64,000 bases of DNA from Promethearchaeota archaeon (GTDB lineage Archaea; Asgardarchaeota; Lokiarchaeia; Sigyniarchaeales; SOKP01), in the NCBI GenBank assembly GCA_019057795.1, contig JAHLWS010000022.1, positions 1 to 64,000 on the forward strand, given 5' to 3'. Position numbers and translations under genes: made by a program. The notes beneath the pieces were generated by a model, which was not told where the DNA came from, ran no database searches, and saw nothing but the letters and a program-made list of their open reading frames with translations. Positions 32,077 to 40,413 of the stretch are shown one piece after another. How positions within the stretch are numbered: position 1 is the first letter of the stretch; each line of letters begins with the position of its first letter.

Positions 32077-32535
32077 ATGGATGATAATTACAAAATTCTA
32101 ATGTTTGCGTGTTTAAAGTGAGGCTACTCGGCTGCTGACTTAGCTGGTGTTTCTCGCATGAAATATACGGCGTCGGTAAAGATTATAAAGGTAAGATGTA
32201 CTGGAAGAGTCGATGTAAAACACATCCTACATAGCATAAATGCTGGAGCTGATGGAGTTATGGTCGTAGGATGACGGCCAAATGAATGTCAGTTCAAAAA
32301 TGGCAATTTTACGGCTCAAAGGCACATTGATTTAGCAAATAGAATCCTAGACTCTAGAGGATTCGGCAATCAAAGAATTAACATGTACTGGTTAAGTGGA
32401 GCAGAAGCAGATAAACTTGTAAAAAGCGTTGAGGATGCTTACGAAAAAGTAAAAAGATCTGGACCCAATCCTTTAAAAAGCATGGATATTACGAAAGCAA
32501 AACAAAAAACATTAACTACTCCCATAGAAGAATGA
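32077..32535 (+). CDS. mvhD: Hydrogenase iron-sulfur subunit MvhD/VhuD, selenoprotein with 2 in-frame UGA (Sec15, Sec66), 152 aa; absent from ORF track
   Basis: MDDNYKILMFACLK*GYSAADLAGVSR...RCTGRVD...GADGVMVVG*RPNEC; TGA at 32119 and 32272 align to Cys in paralog 39648..40085; SD GGAGGT upstream. Confidence 0.92.
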
Positions 32536-32554
32536 TTCTTATAAAAAAAATTTA

Positions 32555-32598
32555 GTTATAAGATGACTTACCTTGCGAAGGAGGGAGTTTAATAATAA
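32555..32598 (+). promoter_or_regulatory. Candidate SECIS element (eukaryote-like AUGA/GA kink-turn core)
   Basis: AUGA (32563-66) - stem CUU(A)CCUU/GCG/AAGGAGG - GA (32585-86), lower AU-rich helix; GC-rich island in the AT-rich 3' UTR of the Sec genes. Confidence 0.7.
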
Positions 32599-32646
32599 TT
32601 TAATTTGTTAAAATGTGTATTAAATAAATAGGTAAATGAAGGAAAT

Positions 32647-34155
32647 ATGGTTCAAGTTGTAAATAGCAAGTTATTTAAGGGAACTTCTCCCAAAGACTTA
32701 ATGGAGGCTACTTATCAAGCTTCTAGAAACTTTCAAGTAAGAGCTTTCTTTGAAGCAAAAGAAGAGATCTTGAAAGTAGGTAAATTTTCTGAAAACGAAT
32801 TTTACGAAATCCTAGATGCTATGATAGATGCCGAAACTGAGCGAAAATTAGTACTGAAAGAATTAAAGGGTAATAAGCCGTTATTTTTAGAAGAAATTGT
32901 AAAGATAGTTAAAGATTTCCCTCCTGAAAATGTTATTAGAGACATTATTTATTTAAAAGAACAAGGGTATGTTCAGGAACATGTGGAAATCAAGACTAAA
33001 ACGGTAATAAAAAAAATCAAGGGAGAAGAAAAAGAAGTTGAAGTAAAAGAATTCTTTTATAGGTACCAAGTAAGGGATTTACCAGACGATTTTATTGAGC
33101 ACTACTTTGAACCTGTTTCTATAGTTTTTAACGCGGGAGTCTGTTGTCAATGTGGATGGTGTTCTGCGATCTGTCCTGTAAACGCCATTGTAGTGACGGC
33201 AGACACTCTTGAAATTGACGAAGATATCTGCATGAAATGTGGTTTGTGTTTTTCGGTCTGTCCTCGTTCCTTTTCGATAGACCAAGCTAACGAAAGCATT
33301 AAAAAGTTAGACAAATCTTTAAAATGGTCTGACAAAACTGGAGCTTATATTAACGCTTACTCAGCATCAACGACCAAAGATGATATTAAGAAAGTTCGTC
33401 AAGATGGTGGTATTGTAACTTCTATCTTGGAATATCTTTTAGAAAATAATCTTGTTGATGCAATTGTAGCTGTGCAGCATTCTGAAGAATTGTGGAGACC
33501 AGAACCTGTAATAGTAGATAATGTGAAAGATTTATATAAAACGGGTGGAACTAAATATGCAAACTCGCCGTCTTTAACCATCATAGATCAATGTAAGAAA
33601 TACGAGAAGATAGCTTTCGTTGGGGTGCCTTGCATGATGAAAGCTATAGAAAAGGGGACTATGTTTCCAAGTGGGTTACCATTTTTTAAAAATATTAAAT
33701 ACAAGATCGGGCTTTTTTGCATGGAATCATTTCCTTACGATGGAATAATTAATTTAGCTAAAGATCAGTTTAATAAGGACATAAATGAACTAATCAAAAT
33801 GAATATTGGAGGCGGTAAATTTATAATAAATTTGAAATCTGGAGAGCAAATGGATGTACCCCTTAAAGAAGTGAAAAAATACGCGCGCGATAATTGTCAT
33901 TTTTGTGAAGATCTAACGTCAGATTACGCCGACATTTCTGTAGGATCAATTGGGTCGCAAGATGGATGGTCTTCTGTAATAACGAGATCGAAAGATGCAG
34001 ATAAACTATATAACGATATAGTTAAAGCAGGATTAATCGAATCTAAGAGTTTAAAGGATGTAAAGCCCGGGCAATTTCTAGTAGAAAAAATTGGTGGAAC
34101 TAAACGAAAAAAATGTAAATCAATAAATTTGAAAGAGAATCAAGATGAGCACTAA
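32647..34155 (+). CDS. FrhB/FdhB-family F420-binding subunit with N-terminal helical/wHTH-like extension
   Basis: CCQCGWCSAICP, CMKCGLCFSVCP, QDGGIVT, GGTKY, VGVPC, GLFCME, CHFCED..ADISVGSIG. Confidence 0.88.
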   Translation: MVQVVNSKLFKGTSPKDLMEATYQASRNFQVRAFFEAKEEILKVGKFSENEFYEILDAMIDAETERKLVLKELKGNKPLFLEEIVKIVKDFPPENVIRDIIYLKEQGYVQEHVEIKTKTVIKKIKGEEKEVEVKEFFYRYQVRDLPDDFIEHYFEPVSIVFNAGVCCQCGWCSAICPVNAIVVTADTLEIDEDICMKCGLCFSVCPRSFSIDQANESIKKLDKSLKWSDKTGAYINAYSASTTKDDIKKVRQDGGIVTSILEYLLENNLVDAIVAVQHSEELWRPEPVIVDNVKDLYKTGGTKYANSPSLTIIDQCKKYEKIAFVGVPCMMKAIEKGTMFPSGLPFFKNIKYKIGLFCMESFPYDGIINLAKDQFNKDINELIKMNIGGGKFIINLKSGEQMDVPLKEVKKYARDNCHFCEDLTSDYADISVGSIGSQDGWSSVITRSKDADKLYNDIVKAGLIESKSLKDVKPGQFLVEKIGGTKRKKCKSINLKENQDEH

Positions 34156-35257
34156 ATCATTTCAGGATTTAATAAAGGAAGTACATGATATAGGCATTTG
34201 TCAAGAATGTGGTGGCTGTGTAAGTTTTTGCAGCTCAGCAGAATATAATATTATTGGATTTAAAGACCAATATTCGCCTCCAGTATATATTAACGAAGAT
34301 AAATGTCTTGAATGTGGAATATGTTATTATATTTGTCCACAAACGCATATTTTAGACGATGATCTCAACAAAACATATAAGTTTTCTGATTATTCTTCTA
34401 TGCCAATCGGATATTACGAGGATATATATTCGTGTCAAGCCACTGATGAGGAATTTTTAGAGTATGGAACTGATGGCGGTGTAGTGAACTCAATAATAAA
34501 TTATTTGATAGAGAAAAAAATGATTAATGGAGCAATTGTTTCGAGAACTGATGCTCCTTTTTCCAGAGAAGCAACTTTTGCCGATAATAAACCTGATTTA
34601 ATAAGATCTTCTGGAACTAAATTGGATATCTCGCCTCATTTAGACGAAATACAGAAGTTTAGTACTTATACTCATTCAATTCCAGAATTGAATCATTATA
34701 AATTCAAAAAATTAGCGGTAGTGGGTACTCCTTGCCAATTATATACGATCAGGTGTATGCAAGATTTAGGAGTGACTCCTTCTGAAAATGTTGAGATATG
34801 TCTTGGTTTATTTTGTTATGAAAATTTCTTTTTTGAAAAATCGCAGATAAAGAAATTTGAGAAAGATTTTAACATAAAATTTTCTGACATTGTTAAGATC
34901 AACATCAAAGAGGATGTGATTTTTAGATTAAAGAGTGAAGGAACAGGAGAAAAAATAATTCATATTCCATTTAATCATTTAAAAGAGTATATGCGTCCAG
35001 CCTGTAACGCTTGTGATGACTTCACTAATATTTTTGCTGATATCTCATTTGGAGGGTTAGGCTCACCTGATAAATATACTACTGTTATACCTCGAACTGA
35101 GAAAGGCAAAAGTATTTTATCTCAGGTAATTAATGCTGGAATAATTAATTGCTTAGATTTAGATTCAAATAAAAAAGATAAAATGACTGAGTTAATTTCC
35201 CAATTTTCTCAATCAAAAATTAAACGTAAAGAAGATTTTATGAAGAATATAATTTAA
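34145..35257 (+). CDS. FrhB/FdhB-family F420-binding subunit
   Basis: CQECGGCVSFC, CLECGICYYICP, DGGVV, VGTPCQ, GLFCYE, CNACDD..ADISFGG. Confidence 0.88.
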   Translation: MSTKSFQDLIKEVHDIGICQECGGCVSFCSSAEYNIIGFKDQYSPPVYINEDKCLECGICYYICPQTHILDDDLNKTYKFSDYSSMPIGYYEDIYSCQATDEEFLEYGTDGGVVNSIINYLIEKKMINGAIVSRTDAPFSREATFADNKPDLIRSSGTKLDISPHLDEIQKFSTYTHSIPELNHYKFKKLAVVGTPCQLYTIRCMQDLGVTPSENVEICLGLFCYENFFFEKSQIKKFEKDFNIKFSDIVKINIKEDVIFRLKSEGTGEKIIHIPFNHLKEYMRPACNACDDFTNIFADISFGGLGSPDKYTTVIPRTEKGKSILSQVINAGIINCLDLDSNKKDKMTELISQFSQSKIKRKEDFMKNII

Positions 35258-35270
35258 AGAGGAGTCTATT

Positions 35271-36542
35271 ATAGTAGAATCAAAAAGAGATATTGAGAGA
35301 AAAAAGTTATTTGGAGATACCTTAGATTATTTAGACAAAATTTATGAACCAGATTTAAGAAAGTTATTAAAGAGATGCTATCAATGCGGGCGGTGTAGCG
35401 GAGTTTGTCAATTAAGTAAAGTACAAATATATACTCCAAGTAAAATTATTCAATTAATTTTAGAGGGTTTTGAAGAAAAAGTATTAAAGAGCGAGGTATT
35501 ATGGGATTGTTTAACCTGTAATCAATGTCTCAAAGATTGTCCAGAGGAAATAAACTTTGCAGATCTTGTTAGAATGGCCAGATATAAGATGAGACATTCA
35601 GCAAATCAAAATATTGATGAATCTATAGCACATAAAGGAATATATACGATGATTTCAGAAATAATGAGTCGTCCATATATTAATCCTGATAGATCTCTCG
35701 AATGGATTCCTAAAGGTTGCAAAATATCGGAGAAAGGTAATATTTTATATTATGTTGGTTGTTTACCTTTTTTTAATTACGAATTTGATAATTTAGATTC
35801 TATAGCAAAAAGTACGCTACAAATTTTATGTAACGTCGAAAAAGAGCCTATAGTTGTTTTTAAAGATGAAATTTGTTGCGGACACGATATATACTGGGGT
35901 CAAGGAAAGTTAAAAACATTTATTAAGTTAGCAAAAAAAAATATTGAAATGTTTGAGAAAGCAGGAGTCTCTACTATCGTAACTGCATGTGCTGAATGCT
36001 ATAGAACTTTTAAGATTGACTATCAAAAAATTTTTGAAGATTTTAACGAAAAATTTGAAGTAAAACATATTATTGAATACATTTATGAGATGTGGAAGGA
36101 AGGTAAAATAGAATTTATAAATACGAGTCAACCTGAAGAACAAATTTCATTTACATATCACGATCCATGTAGATTAAGCAGGTTTTTACCCAAAGAAAAT
36201 AATATTACTGAAAATGTTCGGGAAATATTTAAGGAATTCAATAAATTAGGTTATAATTTTAACGAGATGGAACATAATAAATCAAACTCGTTATGTTGTG
36301 GTGTGAATTCTTGGATGAATTGTAATGAGAAATCTAAAGCTCTTAGATATAAAAGAATGTTAGAAGCCAAATCTGCTGGTACGGTGCTGGTAACTTCCTG
36401 CCCGAAATGTGGGATTCACCTCTCTTGTCTCCAAAATGATATCGAAGAAATTTCTTCAGTAAAAATTTTAGATTTCTCCGAGTTTTTAGTAAATCATATT
36501 AAAGTTATTGAATCCAATAGAAAAAGTGAGGAACAAAAATAA
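35271..36542 (+). CDS. HdrD-like (HdrC-type 2[4Fe-4S] plus CCG domains) Fe-S oxidoreductase, 423 aa, non-canonical ATA start
   Basis: Frame of ORF 35574..36542 stays open upstream to TAA 35250 and encodes CYQCGRCSGVC and CLTCNQCLKDCP; GAGGAG SD at 35259-64; CCG, YHDPC and CCG motifs downstream. Confidence 0.85.
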   Translation: MVESKRDIERKKLFGDTLDYLDKIYEPDLRKLLKRCYQCGRCSGVCQLSKVQIYTPSKIIQLILEGFEEKVLKSEVLWDCLTCNQCLKDCPEEINFADLVRMARYKMRHSANQNIDESIAHKGIYTMISEIMSRPYINPDRSLEWIPKGCKISEKGNILYYVGCLPFFNYEFDNLDSIAKSTLQILCNVEKEPIVVFKDEICCGHDIYWGQGKLKTFIKLAKKNIEMFEKAGVSTIVTACAECYRTFKIDYQKIFEDFNEKFEVKHIIEYIYEMWKEGKIEFINTSQPEEQISFTYHDPCRLSRFLPKENNITENVREIFKEFNKLGYNFNEMEHNKSNSLCCGVNSWMNCNEKSKALRYKRMLEAKSAGTVLVTSCPKCGIHLSCLQNDIEEISSVKILDFSEFLVNHIKVIESNRKSEEQK

Positions 36543-39500
36543 TGGAAGGGTCGGTATTGGTTATTGGCGCTGGTATTGCTGGAATCCAAACATCTTTAGA
36601 TCTAACTGAACTTGGATTTAAAGTTTATCTCGTAGAAAGATCGCCTTCAATTGGCGGAAGGATGGCTCAACTTGATAAGACTTTCCCTACAAATGATTGT
36701 AGCCTCTGTATTTTAGCTCCGAAAATGGTAGAGGTGTTTAGAAATCCTAATATTGAGCTAATGACTTATCACGAAGTTAAAAAAATTAGTGGAGATCCTG
36801 GGAATTTTACCGTCACTGTTCTAAAAAAGCCACGTTATCTTGACGAATCCTTGTGCAAGGGATGTGGTGATTGTGCGACAAAATGCCCCAAAATTGAAGT
36901 TCCTAATCTCTTCGATATGAATCTTGGCAAAAGAAAATCAATTTACATACCCTTTCCACAAGCAGTCCCTCCAGTATACCTAATTGATCCCGAGCTTTGC
37001 CTTAAGATAACTAAAGGTGTGTGTGGAGTCTGTCAAAAAGTATGTACGGTTGAAGCGATAGACTTTGAGCAAAAACCTAAAGATATTATTATTAATTGTG
37101 GAGCCGTTGTTGTAGCAACGGGATTTGATATGCCCGCTGAAAAATTAATTTCAAGATGGGGGTATCGATACCAAAATGTAGTGAGCGCTTTAGAATACGA
37201 AAGAATATTATGTGCCTCAGGTCCGTTTGAAGGTCATGTCTTACGCCCTAGTGACCAAAAAGAACCTGAGAAAATAGCTTTCGTTCAATGTGCGGGATCA
37301 AGAGATTTACACGAGAATGTTCCTTATTGTTCGAGCGTGTGTTGTATGTATACTGCAAAGGAGGCAATTATTACTAGAGAACACTCAGATAATGCTGAAT
37401 GTTTTGTTTTTAGACACGATATCAGAGCATACGGAAAGAATTTTTATGAATTTACCCAAAGGGCTCAAGATGAATATGGTGTAAAATATTTTCAGACAAA
37501 AATAAGCACTATAAAAGAAGACCCGGAAACAAACGACTTAATTATTCACTATGAAGATTTAAAAAATGGAACATTTAATGATTTTCGAGCTAATTTAGTC
37601 GTTTTAGCTACACCATTAGTTCCTACAAAAGGAACAGAAGAATTAGCAAGCATCTTAAAAGTTGAATTAGACAAATACAATTTTTTTAAAGAAAAATCTT
37701 ATTTTAATAAATCCTTGTCATCAAAAGAGGGAGTTTTTTTATGTGGTTTCTGTCAAGGACCAATGGACATACCCGAAACTGTCGCTGACGCAAGTGGAGT
37801 AGCATCTCAAGTCGCAGTGTTACTAAATTCAGTAAAATTTAACGAAATTAAAGAAAAGAAATATGATGAACCTGAAAAGGAAATAAAGATAACCGACGAC
37901 CCTCGTATAGGAGTGATTATCTGTCACTGTGGGATTAACATTGGAAAGTATGTTGATGTTTCTAGTGCTGTAGATTATGTTAAAACATTACCTTATGTTG
38001 TTCATTGTGAAGCTAACTTGTATTCATGTTCTAGTGATTCCCAAGTAAGAATAAGAGAATTGATAAAAGAACATAATCTTAATAGATTTATCGTAGCTTC
38101 TTGTACGCCAAGAACCCATGAGTCATTATTTCAAGAAACCTGCTTAGAAGCTGGATTAAACAAATATTTATTCGAAATGGTTAATATACGCGACCAATGC
38201 AGTTGGGTTCATATGAATGAATATGAATTTGCCACTGAAAAAGCTAAAGATTTGATACGAATGGCTGTGGCTAAAGCGCGTTTACTAAAACCTCTTACTG
38301 AAACAAAATTAGATATTACCCCAAACGCTTTAGTTATTGGTGGTGGTGTATCTGGTATGACTGTTGCCCTCAATCTTGCTAATCAAGGATTTAAAACATA
38401 TATCGCTGAAATAGAAGATAAGTTAGGAGGTAATCTTAACAACCTTAATATTTTATATCCAATCCACGAGGAGGCTTCAAATTTTTTAAAAGAGATTATA
38501 AACAAAGTTGAGAAGAATAAAAATATCCAGGTTCTCCTCGAGTCAGATATTAAAGAAATTAAAGGATTTATCGGTAATTATAATGTTGTTATTAACGCAT
38601 CAAATCAAAAAGTTCACGATTTAAAAGTTGGTACAATTATTATTGCTACTGGAGCTCAAGAGTTAAAACCAGAAGGTATTTTTCAGTATAGCAAAAATAA
38701 TAAAAATGTAATTACTCAATTAGAATTAGAAAAAAGATTGAAAGAAAAGGATAAAGCTTGGCTCGACAACATAAATCGCATAACGATAATCCTCTGTGTC
38801 AATTCAAGGCAAAAAGAAGGAATAACTTATTGCTCAAATATTTGTTGTGCAGTGAGTATTAAAAATATTAGTATTTTAAAAGAAATAAAACCAAACCTCG
38901 AAATTGTTGTTTTGTACAGAGATCTCCAGATGGCTAAAAAGGAGTATGAAGAATACTATCGTAAACGTAGAAAAGAGGCTATGTTTCTGAGATATGATTT
39001 AGAAAACATACCAAAAATAGTGAAAAAAAGTGGTAAATCCGAAAAATATCAAGTATCTGTATTTGACACGAATTTACAGGATAATCTTCAATTTGATACA
39101 GATTTAATTGTATTATCAACTCCTATGATCCCCTCTGACAATTTAGAAGGATTAGCTAGGATGCTAAAAGTACCATTGGATAAAAATGGGTTTTTCTTAG
39201 AAGCACATGTTAAGCTAAGACCTTTAGATTTTGCTACAGATGGTATTTTTTTAAGCGGATGTGCTCAATGGCCAAAGAACATTCAAGATTCAATTTCCCA
39301 AGCTAATGGAGCTGCGGGGAGAGCAAGTAGATTTTTAAGCGCTAAAACAATTACAAGCTCAGGATTGATAGCAGAAGTAAACCCAGAAAGATGTATAGGT
39401 TGTGGGAAGTGTGTATCCGTTTGTCCATATAATGCTATTGAACTTAAGGAGGCAATTATGGACTTTGAAGAAATTAGTTTAAAAGTTTCAAAATCCTTTA

Positions 39501-39628
39501 TTAACTCAGCAATGTGTAAAGGCTGCGGCACTTGTGCGGCAACATGTCCAAACGGCGCAATATCTGTAAAGCATTATGATTTCGATCAAATTTATGCTAT
39601 GATAGAATCTTATTTATTAGAATCGTAA
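36542..39628 (+). CDS. hdrA: Large HdrA-like flavoprotein (two FAD modules, internal HdrA N-terminal Fe-S domain), all-Cys
   Basis: GAGIAG, LDKTFPTNDCSLC, CSSVCC, internal CHCGINI/CTPRTHE/IRDQCSW, second GGGVSG, C-terminal ferredoxin. Confidence 0.9.
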   Translation: MEGSVLVIGAGIAGIQTSLDLTELGFKVYLVERSPSIGGRMAQLDKTFPTNDCSLCILAPKMVEVFRNPNIELMTYHEVKKISGDPGNFTVTVLKKPRYLDESLCKGCGDCATKCPKIEVPNLFDMNLGKRKSIYIPFPQAVPPVYLIDPELCLKITKGVCGVCQKVCTVEAIDFEQKPKDIIINCGAVVVATGFDMPAEKLISRWGYRYQNVVSALEYERILCASGPFEGHVLRPSDQKEPEKIAFVQCAGSRDLHENVPYCSSVCCMYTAKEAIITREHSDNAECFVFRHDIRAYGKNFYEFTQRAQDEYGVKYFQTKISTIKEDPETNDLIIHYEDLKNGTFNDFRANLVVLATPLVPTKGTEELASILKVELDKYNFFKEKSYFNKSLSSKEGVFLCGFCQGPMDIPETVADASGVASQVAVLLNSVKFNEIKEKKYDEPEKEIKITDDPRIGVIICHCGINIGKYVDVSSAVDYVKTLPYVVHCEANLYSCSSDSQVRIRELIKEHNLNRFIVASCTPRTHESLFQETCLEAGLNKYLFEMVNIRDQCSWVHMNEYEFATEKAKDLIRMAVAKARLLKPLTETKLDITPNALVIGGGVSGMTVALNLANQGFKTYIAEIEDKLGGNLNNLNILYPIHEEASNFLKEIINKVEKNKNIQVLLESDIKEIKGFIGNYNVVINASNQKVHDLKVGTIIIATGAQELKPEGIFQYSKNNKNVITQLELEKRLKEKDKAWLDNINRITIILCVNSRQKEGITYCSNICCAVSIKNISILKEIKPNLEIVVLYRDLQMAKKEYEEYYRKRRKEAMFLRYDLENIPKIVKKSGKSEKYQVSVFDTNLQDNLQFDTDLIVLSTPMIPSDNLEGLARMLKVPLDKNGFFLEAHVKLRPLDFATDGIFLSGCAQWPKNIQDSISQANGAAGRASRFLSAKTITSSGLIAEVNPERCIGCGKCVSVCPYNAIELKEAIMDFEEISLKVSKSFINSAMCKGCGTCAATCPNGAISVKHYDFDQIYAMIESYLLES

Positions 39629-39647
39629 AAATAAAAGCTAAATAATC

Positions 39648-40085
39648 ATGCCAAAAGCAAAGAGAAAAGTAATAAAACAAGAGTTTAATCCAGAGCTACT
39701 AGTGTTTTGTTGTAATTGGTGCTCTTACGCGGGAGCTGATTTGGCAGGGGTTTCTAGATTTCAATATCCGCCGAACATGAGAATTGTTAGAGTTATGTGC
39801 TCTGGAAGAGTTGAACCTTCTTTTATTTTAAAAGCTTTAAAGGATGGGGCAGATGGGGTCTTAATAACTGGATGTCACATTGGAGATTGCCATTACATAA
39901 GCGGTAACGAGTTTACGAAAGAAAGGTTTGAAAGATTACATAAAATAATAATTAAGCAATTGGGTATAAACGAAAAACGCGTTAGGTTGGAGTGGGTGTC
40001 TGCTTCTGAAGGTAAGCTTTTTGCTGAATTAATTACAGAGTTTACGAACGATATAAAAAGATTAGGGCCGTTAAAAGTTTTTTAA
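39648..40085 (+). CDS. mvhD: MvhD iron-sulfur subunit, all-Cys
   Basis: CCNWCSYAGADLAG, RVMCSGRV, GCHIGDCHY, WVSASEG. Confidence 0.93.
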   Translation: MPKAKRKVIKQEFNPELLVFCCNWCSYAGADLAGVSRFQYPPNMRIVRVMCSGRVEPSFILKALKDGADGVLITGCHIGDCHYISGNEFTKERFERLHKIIIKQLGINEKRVRLEWVSASEGKLFAELITEFTNDIKRLGPLKVF

Positions 40086-40413
40086 GAAAATAAAGATGAT
40101 TTTCTATTATAATTATTATATTAGTTTTTTAGTCTTAATCGTTTTGATATTAAATTCAAATTGTTAGAATTAGATCATTCTTTTCTGGTAGAATCTTTAA
40201 TCTTGATCATTACAACACCTTTTTTGTCGTAAACAGATCATTTAAACACGAATCATTATCAAAACTCGCCAAGTTTGGTGCATAATATTTATATAAACAT
40301 TTTTACTTATTTATTGATTAACCAAACTTTTCTTAACTCATTTGTTAAGAATTATTATTTAAAAATGAAAAGATTTTAAGGTATTTTTAATTAAAAAAGG
40401 AGCGTTATGAATA

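Noticed and set aside
30131-32535. hdrA/mvhD as pseudogenes, or genome-wide UGA reassignment
   Set aside because: All six TGAs fall on conserved Cys columns, Trp is encoded by TGG, and other genes end normally at TGA. This fits Sec recoding, not decay or genetic code 4/25.
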